A stretch of DNA of 64,000 bases, from positions 37,142 through 101,141 of the forward strand of contig ADNK01002459.1 in assembly GCA_000320545.1 (NCBI GenBank). Reading direction: 5' to 3'. Made by a program: the position numbers and the translations under genes. This document shows, piece after piece, positions 40,384 to 55,188 of this stretch. The first letter of the stretch is position 1; each line of letters starts with the position of its first letter. The notes beneath the pieces were generated by a model, which made no database searches, was not told where the DNA came from, and saw nothing but the letters and a program-made list of their open reading frames with translations. Source of the stretch: Bigelowiella natans CCMP2755 (taxonomy: Eukaryota; Protista; Cercozoa).

Positions 40384-41079
40384 CTTCTGAGAGTAGGGGA
40401 ACCAGTCATTTACCCCTGCTACCTGTGCTCCTCGAGGCTTGTTGGACTATAATCACATCACATTTACAAGCTCAGTATCTTTGACAAGTTGTTCCAATCA
40501 AGAAGGTTACCGGCTTGAACGCATGTGTTCTCAGGCTAGCCCCTAACTTCCATGTGGGAGGGTCCATTGTGGATTCAATGTTCCTCCTCCTTCAAAGACT
40601 TTTAAAAACTTGGGCCTTTCTATTTGGATTGGGCTTCTACCGAACTGAAACGCTTCTCTATTGGTTTTCAGGCGATGACCTATCGACTGCACATTGTAAG
40701 GACGCCATCGCGTATTGGAAAAGGGTTATGTGCTTGGATTGTTTGGACGGAAGCAGCTTGTTTTCTCTTGCGGTTGCCGATTTGTCAAGCGAGGGCCCCA
40801 ACCTAAGAAGGCATCGGGGACGTTACCTGGCAAGTAACCAACATTCAGTACGAAGGCTTTTTTTCTGTTGAGTTTCTTCCAATGCCCAATATAATCATAG
40901 CATGCGACATGAGAAACAAACGCATAATCTATCAATATCCCCGGCGTTTCGTTCGGTTTTCCTTTTCTGAAACAGCTGAGGGTCTCCCGAGGCTCTCGTG
41001 ATTTCCCGGATTTCCTGATTTCTGCAAGATTCACCGCCTGTGATATCAAGCTTATTTTCAGGCCAAGAACTACCCAGAA

Positions 41080-42267
41080 ATGTTCGGTGCATGTGAACCG
41101 ACGAGATCGCAGGGAAAATCACCATCAGTTTACTTGCTACGACATGCATGTGATGTTGTCGCAGGTGTATTTCGGACGGGCAATCCTGTGCTAAACCGTT
41201 CGTGTGTTCATTCCTCGTCCACTGTACATCCTCGCCTCCATACCTGCGTAGACAATCTCCACAGAAGCGAGGAAAAGAGGAGAACGACTGGAAGAAGACA
41301 GGACGGACGAGATGGTATGATAGGTTTCGTTGTGGCAGCAGTAGAGCACAGTCAAGAAAAAATGGAGGATTCGTCAACTGATAACTTTCCTCCAAGCAAT
41401 TTTCAAGAAATGCGCACAGCTTAAAGATTAGACCACCTTTGCATGCTGGTAAAAATAGTGAAAGATCCATTCATTTCATACAGGTAAAAGGAGAGGAGAA
41501 GGATGTGAAAACCAATAAAGTTAAACCTAAAGCTAAAGGGGCAACGAAGGAGGATAAACAAATAGCAAAGGAAAAAAAGAAGAGACGGAAGAAGCTCCAC
41601 CGAGTCCTCAAAAACCACCCAGAATTTGAGTTGACTTTCGACATGCAGATTGGGATCCGATATGCATTAGGAATGGAGAATGGTGGCATTAAAGATAATA
41701 CAAGGTGCTCAGTGATGATAAAATTGCAACAATGATGAATGGTGTCGTCCTTATTTTTGTAGCCTATATTCTCCTTCTCAACGGTATCTGCAAATCGTAC
41801 GATGCTGATGCTGATGATGATAGTGGTGGCAGCAATCGATATGTTACTACCAAAAGGCTGAGATACATAGTTTTGTGCCTATATTAACCGATTCTGATGC
41901 CGATGATATCCTAACAGAGACCGCCCCCCCACTCTAGAGGAGTTTGACGAGTCGATTAGACTAAACTTCCCTCGCAATGGCAGTGAAACACCACCCCTCA
42001 CTCCTCCACATAGCTCTCGAGACTTCAAGTTCAAGACGTATGCGCCCAAAATCTTTCGTCGAATCCGAGAAAGATTTGGAATAAGCGACACGGGATTCAC
42101 CACTTCTGTCTGCGGCAACTTCGAGTAATACTAATAATAACAGTTTGACTCATTTATTTTTTTGGTGAGTGAGGAGTGAGAACAATTATAGTAGCTTGGT
42201 CTTACCGCCAAGTTATTGATTCGTCGTTCAGCTGTTGATTAGCATCACAATCTTTGTCGCGTTATGT

Positions 42268-42298
<31 letters not shown>

Positions 42299-42603
42299 CC
42301 ACTAGGTATTTGTCGTTCAAATCGAATTCAAAAAGCGGTCAATTCTTCTTCTATTCCTACGACAAGAGGTAAAGAAGCATGACGGGTCCACAAACATGAC
42401 TGTCATCATGGCGGCTTCTGGTTCTGAACTGACGGTTGATGTTGGCGTGTTTTTATTAAGATATATGCTCAAGACGATGACGAACAAGGAATGTGCCCTC
42501 CTCATGAAGATTCTGCCTTCTTACTACCAACACGTCATGGATAATCCCAACACACTCTTGTGTCGCTTCTATGGCATGCACCGTGTAAAACCTGCAGGAA
42601 AGT

Positions 42604-42634
<31 letters not shown>

Positions 42635-42703
42635 TGGCGAGTAGGTAATAGACGTTGCCTGCACTAAATTTGTGATAACCATTAAGATTGCTTGCACGAA
42701 TTT

Positions 42704-42744
<41 letters not shown>

Positions 42745-43315
42745 GCACACACAACCAAGGGTGTATTTTAGTGATTGGCACGTTGTTTAGACAATCCCAT
42801 GTATTCACACATTGCCATCATCATCGTCATCAAGAACAACAACAGCAGCATCTAAAAACATACTGTGATATTATTCAGTATGTACAGCTTCCATTTCCTC
42901 ATCATGGAGTCCGTATTTAATACAAATCTCGAGATTCACACCGTCTTCGATCTTAAGGGTGAGTCATGAGTAAAAGCTCATACGCCGTGTCGTGTGTGCG
43001 TAATAACAAATCGGCTTGGAAAAAATACCCTTATGATACAATAGCAGGGTGGTAGCTATTAATGAGAGCCCATCTGGTGTTCCTTTTGCGTGTAATGTGA
43101 TGATGGTGATGATGATTATGATAATGATGTTGTTGGTTATGTTGTGGTGCTGGTGTTCTTCCATAGGATCCACAGTGAACAGATTTGCCAAAAGAGGAGA
43201 ATCGGTACCTCATCGATACGCTACCACTTCTACAGCTGCTATTACTATAAACAATTTTACTATTAGTTTGTTTGTTTTCCATGCTATCCATGCCTCATAT
43301 CATCAACACACATAT

Positions 43316-43350
<35 letters not shown>

Positions 43351-43738
43351 GCACCACCATTATCGTCGTCAGTCGTCATATCATCTGGACTACTTCTAAA
43401 TTTATAGACTGCACTTGCTGTTTCTCTCTCACGTTGATGAGTTAGTTTCCATGATCACAAGCGACCACATCACTACTGTGATGATGGCATTCACTGTCGC
43501 CCTCATCTACCAGTCGTTTCGCATTATGTAAAGAGCAAAACTGTTGTGTGAGGACTTTTGTCGCTGCTGCTGTTGTCCTGCCATCGATGTGGCCAATAGG
43601 TATATAAGGATGTTGATTTTGCGGACTCAAACTTCCGGTTCAGACTACCCAAAACAATCGCTGGAAAGCTAGAAGGGGTAACGACAAGAGGCACTATTTA
43701 TCATCCGTTTTTAATATGATGATTTAAAAATATTATAA

Positions 43739-43774
<36 letters not shown>

Positions 43775-44023
43775 GTACACATAAAAGTGCCCAGAAAATA
43801 CACATTCTATAATGTGATAGGTTATCAAGGCAGATGTGGCATTCCTCAAAGAAGCAGGTGGCTTGGGTTGTAGAATGGAGAAGGAGGAGGAGGAGGAGGA
43901 GGAGGAGGAGGAGGGGTAAAGGACCGTATTGGTTCTTTGAGAAAGGGGGTGATCTTCACTCATAGCAAGTCTACATTCCCTCCATTACTTGATCTCTACG
44001 CACACAAGAATAATCTTTTCTCT

Positions 44024-44102
<79 letters not shown>

Positions 44103-44624
44103 GCTGATGGACTACAGCCTCCTCGTTGGAGTCCATTACTTAGATAACAAGCCCAAACGCATAGAGTAAGTAAACCACAGAGGAGAACAACGATCCTCTC
44201 CTCACAAAGAAAGAAGAAAAGAAATAGGACGTTAAGAAGCGGAAAATTAGAAGAAGAAGAAGAAGAAGAAGAAGAAGAGGAGGAAGAGAAAAGAGAGAAA
44301 GAGAGATCCAGCTGCCGCTTTTAAGAACGAACGACGTGATTATACGCATCGTCATCATCAACATCATCACCATCATCATCATCATTATCTTCACCAGTTC
44401 ATCATCTAATCGTAGTTGTCCCTCTTCTTCTTCTTCTTCTTCTTCTTCTTCTTCCACCACCAGGTACCGACAGGATCGGTTACGTCGCCTGAAAGACAAA
44501 GACGAGAAGCATGTGGATGAAGCACCGCTGGGAGTACCGAAGAAGTACAACGTCATCTCACAGCCAAAGAAGGAAAACGTGCAGGTTTGTAGGACAATAC
44601 ATCGTTCATTTCCCCCTTTCTCTC

Positions 44625-44660
<36 letters not shown>

Positions 44661-45535
44661 AGTGTGTGTGTGTACAATTGCATTGTTCATCTTGGTCTTT
44701 GCAGATGTCGGAGGATCTTCTTGTCAACGATGATAATGCTGCTGCACCAGCCCAAGGCTCCATGGAGAGGGCTTCTCAGGTGATACATACAACCCGTACG
44801 CATTGAGCAAAGAATCAAGATGATAACGAGACGAGGGGAGACGAGAACAAGAAAAAAAAAGGGGGGGGGGTAGAAAAGAAAAATATTACAGGCCAAAATG
44901 GTAATCGGAATTCGGTGCTATTTATGACAGTATCACAATGACATGGGATGATAATGATGATGACGATGATGACGATTATGATGAAACTTGATGACGATTT
45001 CTGTTTTACGCGTGCAGGGCTCAACAGCTATACCAATGAACGACCTCAAAGCAAGATCGGACAGCGCGAGACCGAGTAAGAACAGACCTTTGCATTCACT
45101 CTCTCTGCTTCTTCTTCTTCTTCTTCTTCTTCTTCTTCTTCTGCTGCTGCTGCTGCTGTTCTTGTCACTTCTAGTGGCTGCGGTGTTTCACATAAATAAA
45201 GCCTTTGATCAACTAATCGTCAGTGATTGCCTTTCTTCTTATCGTTCCTCATCGTCGTAGATAAATACCTACCTACCTACCTACGTATCTATCTATCTAC
45301 TACCAGAACGACAAAAACTATCGATAGTGATACTATTTCCCCCACCAACATCATCATGATCATCACCATCATCATCATCATCATCATCACGAATGTAGGT
45401 GCTGCTGAAGATGACATGAAGAACCTAAGGCAACAAACTGCAGAGCACCTTGATGCACTTGACTCCATCAAATCCATCCCTGAAGGGTAAAGAGAAGTAC
45501 CAACCACCACCACCACCACCACCACCACCACCACC

Positions 45536-45569
<34 letters not shown>

Positions 45570-46750
45570 ATGATGATGATGATGGTTTTGGATGACGGGG
45601 TGGTAGGGAGATGTCGTTGTGTCAAATCCTTCTACTATCCCTTGATGCTATGATCTGCCCAGTCGATGATTGTGTGTGTGTGTTTGTGTGTGTTTTCCTT
45701 CCTCCGTGACAAGGGGCGTGTTGCCAGCGCACCATGGCGGCCTTCGATCAGTGGATGGGGGCAGTCCCGGAAACCTGATATTTTACATTGGAATCATAGA
45801 CATTCTCACACAGTTTGGAGTCCGCAAAAGTGTAGAGCACCGGTTCATGTCATTATTTAAAGACGGGTACGGAGAGAGAGCAAGAAGAAGAAGAAAGAAA
45901 CCGCGAATATGATAATAATGATGGTGGTGATGATGATAATAGTAGTATGTGCTGTGTTGGTAAATGGAGATGGCAGTAGGAAATAGTGGTGGTAAGAGTG
46001 TGTAGTCGTTGCCACTTACTTACTGGTGGGGACGGATGATAATAGAGAGTGGTATTTGATAGAGGTAGGAAGATGTGCCGGTGTTGTTATTTCTGTCTGT
46101 CTGTCTGTCGCTCACCTACGCGCGTTTACCTGTTGTTGTCGATATTATCATCGTAATCATCATTGTACCAAATCATCCTCTCCAGGAATCAGATCTCGTG
46201 TGTCCACCCCTCTGTCTACGGAAACCGATTTTCCGATTTCTTGCTATCGAGAATCGAGGGGATCGACATGAAGGGGGGCAGAGGTGTTGCCTTAGAAGAG
46301 AACCGAGCGTCGATGGAGCTGCGCCCCGAGGCCGTTCCGGCAGCGGTTCCACATGATGATGCGGTGGAGAAGGTTGAAAGGGTAATTGGCGACGATGACG
46401 ACGATAAAGATGATGATGAAGATGATGGTGATGATGTTTAGGGTTCAAAATCTTCCTCACCTCACCCCCCTTCCTGACCGTCCCTGTTTCCAGCTTTCCG
46501 ACCTGCAGAGCTATATTGTTGTTGTTCCTACTGCCGTTTATTATTCACTCACCCCGTACTCTGCTGCTCGATAACGAATGCTTGTCATCAGGGAGTTGGT
46601 AGCGACGAAATCGATGCGAGCGACATTAATATAGGCCCCTTGGAGTCTACCCAGCCAGGTAATCATTGTGTGTGTGTGTGTTTGTGTGTGTGTATGTGTG
46701 CGTGTCAATCTGCTGCTTCCGCCACACTTTTCGATTAGAAACACTCTCTT

Positions 46751-46789
<39 letters not shown>

Positions 46790-47034
46790 TCGAAGGGAAG
46801 AGCCCGATCAAGGTAGCACTGAAATAAAAGTCGGAAGCAGACAAGAAGAAGAAGAAGAAGAAGAAGAAGAAGAGTGAGGACAGATCTGTAGTAAAGGAGG
46901 AGAAAGAGGAGGAAAAGGATCATGAATCAGACATTTCTAGTGCAGCAGCTGCAGCAACAACGAAGGACCGACCTCAAATTCAATCTGAAGAAGAGGAAAA
47001 AGGCAGAGGAGGAGGAGGAGGAGGAGGGTTGTAG
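41080..47034 (+). CDS. PIP5K: Phosphatidylinositol-4-phosphate 5-kinase (many exons; ends approximate)
   Basis: DFKFKTYAPKIFRRIRERFGI, SNSKSGQFFFYSYDKRYMLKT, PNTLLCRFYG, FDLKGS, KDVDF, LMDYSLLVGVH, YIGIIDILTQF, ISCVHPSVYGNRFSDFL. Stop at 46827 or 47034 depending on the last acceptor. Confidence 0.9.
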
Positions 47035-47738
47035 AATTCATCGATCACGTCCTATTCACGTAAAGAACTAGCATAGCACGCACATTACAACACAGCTGTT
47101 CTCAATATCTGCCAGGGCGCACTTAGCACCGCTCGTACCTCATACTCTACGGCATACTACACTAGTACATGCACATACATAGAGGGGCACTCGCCGGCGC
47201 TGCATAGCTGCACAACCCTGCTTATATTGCCAACGCATGTGCAATGATAAGCATACGAGCATGCAGGCCACATGATCGGTCTAATACTTGTTGCATGCGA
47301 AGCAAATGCATAGGGCATAGCGCGACTCACTCCCGCGTAGCCGCTATGCATTCATACATGCGAGCATTACCGTGCATATGCTTTTGAATGCATGAAATAT
47401 GTATTAGTCGAGACAAATAGATAGAACCTAAGCGCTATAGCCGCTGCTTTGCATAGCTACATTAGGATGACTATTGAAAAGATTTAATCACTTCATTACA
47501 TCCGTCTCATACAGTCGTATTCCACCTAGCTATTCTACGTGCTGCTGCCGTGCAAGCAACACATCAGTTAAGTCCAGACCATAGACACAACATATTTACT
47601 ATATATACGCTGTATGCATTTATAATATATGCTAACATTAGGCTCTGATGCGGCAAGAACACAAAGATATATAGCATATACTGCGTTGTCTATAATCTAG
47701 ATAATAATAATAATACACGGACACTAGCTTTAGAGACT

Positions 47739-48749
47739 TTACACATTGATGGAAATGAAGCAGGAGTACTTATGACGAGTATGCGGAAGACCAAGTATTT
47801 TTCTGATGCTATGAGGGCGGTGGAGGTAGGGGTGCAAAAGGTAATTTGGTTTTGCTTTCCTCACCCTTCGCTTTCGTCGGCACCTCATGCAGCTCTTTAG
47901 GCACGCATGAGCAAAGCTTTTCGCGCAACGTCTTGCAGCCCCACTTTGAAGGAAAATGTGCTTCATACTCTACATCTATAAGGTTAGTTAAAATGAGACA
48001 TTAAAAATGTTTCAGAGTTGTTTTTTTTTTGAAATCCACTGAACCTGATTTTGTGCTGATGTGAACTTCTGTCTCACTAGCCCATCTGGATACAATATGA
48101 TAAATCCAAATGTTTTTAAACTTATGCTTCCTACGACTACCTTATCAGCTCCACGTCCTTATCCAAACATAAGTCGAAAAGAATTTCGTACTTTTCTTTA
48201 TTCTTCTCCTAACGATAAAGTATGCATTTCTTACATCGTGAGCGGATGTTACAACGCAACACTGGAAAGCTATACCTCTTTCTTTGCACAAGGGTCAAGC
48301 AGATTTGGCATATACGCGCTCAATTTCAAATCTTTCACCTTCATTTTTGCCTGTGATATAGAATACATATATTTTAGCATACCGTCCATCTTTCTTTGTA
48401 ATTTTAGAAACCTTGCCTCCTTTCCCAGCGACTTCCATCACAGTCCACATTCCCCTTTCTCCACCCTGGCGCTTGCGTAGGGATTTGAGAGTGACTGAAA
48501 CTTCATTTTCCAAACTTTTGGCCATGGCACTCCAATCTGTAAGAATATTAAGACTGTATTCGATTTGATATGAAAGAAAAATAGAAAGAATTGCTCACCC
48601 GCAGCAAACTTCAGCTTTGATTTGACTCTGTCATTCTGATCACCGCCTTTTCTCTCAACTATTTTGTTGGATGCACCAGGAGGCCTTCGTTTGGGTTTTT
48701 CTAATCCAATTTTTAAAATTTGCGCGGGGGGTGGGGGGGGAGCTGCCAT
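47739..48749 (-). CDS. Hypothetical basic protein (multi-exon, 3' part uncertain)
   Basis: MAAPPPPPAQILKIGLEKPKRR...KLKFAA|DWSAMAKSLENE...KKDGR with canonical splice sites; no family recognised. Confidence 0.45.
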
Positions 48750-49424
48750 GAGAGGATCCGTAAGCGGCGTTGTCTGAGCAGGTATTGATTTTCTGATCGA
48801 ATCTGATGATGAGCACACCAGGCCTCATTCTACGTTACTGTTAACAACGGGGAATACCCGATAATATCGGTGATTACCACACGTACTTCTTTCTACATGT
48901 ACATGTACACCATGAACGACAGAAAACCGATGTTCACTTTTTTCTGGTCTTTTTTAGACGAATTTTTGTGCTGCTGCTGCTGCTGCTGCTGCTCGTGCTC
49001 CCATGACTCTCTTCAGAGTACTTACGACAGAACCGATTGCTTGTCTCCACCGATGAAAACAGGGTGTTTTCTTCCCAGAAATGGAATTCCCGGTAGCGGG
49101 CCCCAAGTGGAGTCAGAGTTCTCAAGAAGAGCACCGTGCGTCGTCCGGGGCGGAGAAAATGCAGGGGATTTATCGATAAAGTCTCACGGATTTGAGCATC
49201 TGGATGGGGAAATAGACCTCGTACTTACTGCGTTCGCGAAAGATGAACGAACCTGTTGCTTGGGGGACAGTGCTCCGGACAGCGTCCGAACTACGAGCTC
49301 TTCTTGGAAGAGTGTGGAAGAAAAAGAAAGAGTTCCATCTTACAACTCAAGCGGGAAGAACCCTTTCCCGTGCTGGAACACTTGTATCTCAAAACTGCAA
49401 GTTCTATTACCGAGGAGATAAGTC

Positions 49425-50560
49425 ATGGAACCTCTTATTGTGTGCTCTGCTGCCGGTTTTGGATTCTTAGTGGTGATCTTTCTCATCAGCTGCCTGTTCT
49501 TGTGTGCTACCACTAACTCGGCGAAGAAGAAGCTTCTAATTATATGTCAACTCCAAATAGCTGCTGTGATGATGAGAATAGTGTCTCATCTGATACAATT
49601 TAACTGCCTCTACCATATCATATCGACCCGCTTTCTCAACTCATGTCTAGCACTTGGATTAGTGGAACCAGTCGCGCGTCTGTACGTGGTTTCTAAACGA
49701 ATAACTCGTCTTTCAGGAGATATAAACAAGAACGCGAAGAAGCCCGCTCCGCCGCTTCCATTGTACATAACGGGCTTGTGCGCAATAGTTTTGTTTTGGA
49801 CTGATGCGATAATTACTATAATCACTGGTAATCAATACTCTTTCTTCGAAGGTATCGCCATTTTCATAAAATCTGTTCTATAAATCAGATGGTCTATATG
49901 GCGCGATCATGCTTCACTTGACGGGGCAGTTCTTGATATATGTCTGCTTGTACTATGCGGCTGGGACACGAATTTCTGTATTCAAAGAGGTTAAGTCGTT
50001 GACCACGCGTATTCATTCAATAAGCGAGAAATTCGAAACTGGTAAATTGAGTTGAATTTGACCAAAGGAAGATACTCATGGTATCTTATTAGAACCTTTT
50101 TCGCATGCAGAACAAGGAGCTCGCTTCTGCAGAGATCAGTTTGGGAAAGCTGCCTCCAAGACTCAGAGATTACTTGTCAGTGTAACTGTTATAGGTAATT
50201 TATACATAGGATAATGATATATTGTTCATAATTTAGAGTGTGTTTTCAGGTCTAATTCTGCTGATAACAAGCGTTGGCTATCTTGCCCTGCGAATAAATC
50301 AACTGGTTAAAGGAAAGAATTCATACTGCGAACTCTCCAAAGAAGAGGACACCACAATTAAGTTGATTTGTACTGAAGTTTTCATTTTTTACCTTGCGTA
50401 TCTATTATACTTCACTTGGATCCCATTGAGGGACGTCATCAACGTTTCCAAACCTCCAGCTCAGCTACAGATAGATCTCAAATCTAATCAGCAAAACGGC
50501 ATTATCCCTCATTCTACCAAACACGAACTCCGATCCATTTCCAGCAGGATCGTGCAATAA
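49425..50560 (+). CDS. Predicted seven-transmembrane protein
   Basis: Exons 49425-49851, 49889-50041, 50111-50193, 50250-50560 give seven hydrophobic segments. Confidence 0.7.
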
Positions 50561-51249
50561 TGATGCGGCAAATCATCAGCGCTAGAGCGTAATAACTCTT
50601 TTGAGAGTACATCGCTTAGCACGGTGGATTTGACACATGAGTAATGATTACTCTAGTGCTGTAAGTATATATTCGTGTCATAGAAGAGATCTAGAGGTTT
50701 TTGCAACACCACCACATTACACAGTCTGTGCAGCTGCATGTGTAACATTCTAGACATATGTGGATTGCGTGAATGTTCTAGTGTTAGGAAACTTACAATG
50801 TCATATCATGAGAAAGCTCATTGAGATCATCGCCCAATTGATCAGCACACACATGTTCTGTATCTGCATCCATCATGCACTAGTGCAGGCTGTGGGATCT
50901 GAATGTTAGGCACTAGTAGTGGCACATTGTAATTCACAACCCCACAATTCTAGGGCAGTCGATGCCATGATTGTTTTTCTCTGCAATTGCAAACTCAGCA
51001 AAAATGATGCTCTTTTTTTTCTGAAAACAGCCTGTGTTGTTTTTGGGACTCAAAAGTGCAAGCATCCCATCCGTTGATTTCTGGCATGAATGTTTTTTGT
51101 GTCATTGTTTTATCGCTCTAGCAACCAACATCAATGTGCAGCGTCGAAGTGAATCATTACTAGAAAGTATGATGTTCTGATCCACCCATTTTGTAAACAT
51201 CACGCTGAAATGATGTGCAGTGATTGCAGTGATATTTGAGTAACCACTG

Positions 51250-52581
51250 TTATGATAGTCGTATTCCATCATTACCCCTAAACACGGAACATTTCCATGG
51301 AGATCCACCATAATAACAGCAAAATCCAACAACATAGGTCACGACGAGTCTGATTGCTACTCTGAAAGGATCCGGAAAATTATCTGCCATGTTTGCTTCG
51401 CTCTCTGATTCTGAATATTTTTCATCACTAAATAGTAACACGAAGAAAGCTGCAATTTGTATCAAAAATGAAATTATTCCAAGTGTAAGCATTGTGTACT
51501 TAACGAGGTTCAGGTCCCAAATTTCATTTTTTAAGGTTCTAACCCACTCCTTTACAGACTTCTTTCCCCGATTAACACGAGCGTTCCTTGAATTTGTCTT
51601 CAACTTGTTAGATTCCTGCCGCGGGGTACAAGGGGTTGGTGTAAGAGATCGTAATTTGTTCCGAGGGGAATCTGTCATTCGAGGCGCTCTTTTTTCTTTG
51701 TCAAGCGATCCTGCCTTCTCTTCGGATTCGATTGGATGTAGTTCCACCACATGGTCTGTTGAATTTTCAGTACTGGCGGTTTTAGTTTCTCTGCTCTTGT
51801 TAATTTTTACCCCACTAGAGGCTCGGTAATTTTCTTTTCCAGGATATATATTGGTACTTTCCGGAAAGAACACATTAAGATCGCTAACATGTTTCATTAG
51901 ACCATTCTTACACACATTAATCACATATAAACCATAGGGAAGGATTGTAATGCTCTGTATACAAGCAGTAGCAGTAGATATTGCCCAATATCTCAGCTCG
52001 TCTGTGACCAAAACCCCTGAAAGAAGTTCCGGTTAGTGATCGAGCAAATTAAGGTCAGTCTCTACCTATAAGCGTGCCAACTTGTCCAAGAACAGATAGA
52101 GCCATTGAACTCTTTATAGCAATATCCAAAGTTGGAGGGATGTTCTTTTGCAAGTCCTTTATCAAAAATTTCTTCTCGACAAATACGCGGAAGCCGTATA
52201 ACATAACCAAGTACAAGAATCCCTAAATCATTATGATGTCAAAGATGAACCTTATCTTTAAGTATGAATGAATTAGAATCATCAACCAGAGAAGTAACTG
52301 AAATCACGAGATATAGTTGCCACGGAATTAAAATTAACCGAGTCGTCAAGGCGGACCATATATTCGCAATGACCATGAACAGGGATAGCCTGAGAATTAC
52401 CAAACACTGCATCAATGCCATCAATGATCAGTTAGGTTGCAGCAGAAGTATACCAGAGAAACTTCGTTGGGTATGTCATCTTCTGGCCCCACCTGCTGAC
52501 CAATTTGGCAACTACTAAAATCAACATGATGAAGCTTACTCCAAACAAAGCTGCATCAAATGTCAGGGCTGCAGACAACAT
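51250..52581 (-). CDS. Predicted seven-transmembrane protein with long third cytoplasmic loop
   Basis: MLSAALTFDAALFGVSFIMLILVV..., further hydrophobic exons, and a long S/T/K/R-rich loop between the predicted TM5 and TM6. Confidence 0.65.
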
Positions 52582-52951
52582 TGCGGGGAGATGAACTTGG
52601 ACACTGAGAGGCACAAAGAGGCTTGTCACAAAGCGGCATCACTTCGTCGTCGTAAGATGAAAATATAGGGCGTTTCAGTTTGAAACCGAATTGTTATCAT
52701 TGCAGAGTCGATGCACAAAAATAATGACACCAGAGCTTTTCCGAAGCAGGGGGAACTAATTCCAGAGAAGATTTCCAAAGGTAAATAAGGAAGAGATATA
52801 TTATGCGACAAAGATTCTACATTGTCGTCAATGCAAAACCAAAGAACCTCCTTTTGGTCACACGTGTCAAGCCGACTTCAAATACGCTTGTGACAGACAC
52901 TTGTCGCAGATATAAAATCGGTGGAGATCAAACTCAGGTAACCAAGGAAGG

Positions 52952-54278
52952 ATGATGGCCGAAAATAGCTCCGAGCCCTTCATGGGCGAAGTACCAAGAG
53001 AAATAAGTGATGTTTCGATGTAACCAGAGTGATGACTAGATTTCGCCTGTATCTGTAGTTCGTGTGTATTGCTCATCCCGTTATGTGGATTTCTTATTTC
53101 ATACATTGTGCACGAGCTTTGATAAATGCAAGTTCTCTAAACTTCTGAATTTTATCTCAACAGACAATAAATCCTCTTGCTGTAGTGGCAAACGAATTTG
53201 CGCGTGGATTGCTTGTGGCCTTTGTATTGTTGGGGTAGCTCTAATCATCTTCTTTTTCTTCCCAAGAAGTGTGGAAGGATGTGTTGATAGAGGAGGGCTC
53301 GCTCAGCCAACTTTTAGTTTCCAAACAGCGCCACCCTTGGTATTCTTCATCTTGAAGTTCGTACATAGATCAACATAACTTTGTAAACTTGTTATTGCTC
53401 AGTTCGAGGTGTCCTTCGTCCTTCCAGGCCTGTATGAATAATACTTACAAACTTATACATATGTTATTGTGTTGTCTTATTCTTCATTTAGCGATACTGA
53501 TTCTAGTCTTACGATCCTATAAAGGGTTCGAAACAGCAACTACTTTGATATTAAGTTTAAAAGCATTGATATTACGGTGAGTTCGAAGACATACTACTCA
53601 GCAATATGATTAACGTAAAGTTTTAGGGAGTATATCGAGGAGAAGATGTAGCTACTGGCTCTATAAGGTAGACTATGGTGTGCATTCATGAAAAATATAG
53701 CTATGATCATGTTCATATTTTAGCAACTTTAACGCAAAAGCAAGAGGAGAGTCTTCGTTAACAGTGACGATGGACACTATCCCACAGTAAGTTTATCTGT
53801 TACTGACATTTATTGAATAATCGTTGACTCTGATCTACCTAGGGCTATGAATAGCCAGACAATTGTGGACTTCCTAGCTGTAGATTGTGCGGATATTGTT
53901 AATGGAAGATGGGTCAGCATATTTAAGAAAACACATATTCTTCGTGTTCTGACTATCCATTATGTAGAGGGTAGATTTCCAAAGCGACATCACTCTTGAC
54001 ACAGCAGATGTTTCATTTTCCTTTCAGGTAAATAATGTCTATGTAATGTCTTTGAACACCGTAATGTGATGAAAAATCTGCAAAGGAGAAAATCGATTTT
54101 AATTTACAAATACCTACTATTCAGACTTCTATAGATCTACCTTGTATAGCTGGTAAAATTGCAATTTGTTCAAATTATTACATACAGAATGAATTAGTTG
54201 ACTGCTATGTTGGTATTAGGATCGCTTCCACCAAGCTCAGATGATGGCTTAGAATGCCAGACAAACAGTGTTTTGTAA
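52952..54278 (+). CDS. Type II membrane protein with LEA_2 (NDR1/HIN1-like) domain
   Basis: Cys-rich juxtamembrane segment plus TM (CAWIACGLCIVGVALIIFFFFPRS), then VRNSNYFDIKFKSIDIT|GVYRGEDVATG on short exons. Confidence 0.65.
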
Positions 54279-55188
54279 TGCCATCAATTTGAAATGTTAA
54301 TGAGCGGTCACGATGTAACAGTAACAGTGCAATTTGCCACTGTTTCAGCCTCGTACTTGTGTACCATGCGGCATCTAGATGTTCACGTCCACAACTGCAA
54401 TGCAAAGTAAAGTGTGATGCTGGCATGGCAAAATCACGAACGAACATGATGTCCTTTCCTGCAACAATCATTTTTGTGGCTCTGGCTAGCTGGATGCACA
54501 CTCTAGCTCTGTTCATTGATGTGAAGCCGAACGTGTGGTCATGCTGGCAAATTGTCAAGATTTCAGAACACGTGCAATGGTGAACTTCAGAACTGCTAGA
54601 CTGCGCAGAGCTAGAGAGTTCCACGAATCAAGCTAGCAAGAGCAAAGCTGGCCATCCTCAGAAGTTTGAACGAAGCATCATCTAGCTAGCTAGCACAGCT
54701 AGACACGTTAACACGTTGCATCGATTGTCTGTGATGACATGATGATCTAGATGATGTCGACGCTCTCAGCATCCTAGCTAGCATCGTTTAAATTGCTGCG
54801 CCATGTGACTTCGTGAACAATTCCAACTGGCGATTTCAGCTGCGATCCAGTGCTAGAGTGGTGCGCGCAAGGTTCTGGGGTTGTCAGGTTGTGACAAGGT
54901 GTGCAACACCTTCTTCAGTTGAAAAAGCAAATCAAGACTTCACAATTCTTCAAGCAGCGTGCAATCCAAAGTGTCTAGGTGTGTTCAAAATTCGACAACA
55001 GGCAAAGTGACGTTTTCAGTCGACAGTTTGCACACGATGAGTGTCGATTCTGCTTCTGGCATTGAAAGGCCATTGGGATTCACAGAACCAAAAATGGGAC
55101 AAACTGTTGAAGGAAGCAATGTGTGAAGCAAGGAAGAACATTGAACGTTGAACATTGCGAGATTGAGCGGAGCAACTGGCAACGATGC

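Noticed and set aside
40515-41050. Transmembrane N-terminus making a GPCR-PIPK fusion
   Set aside because: No convincing in-frame TM exons could be spliced to the PIP5K domain.
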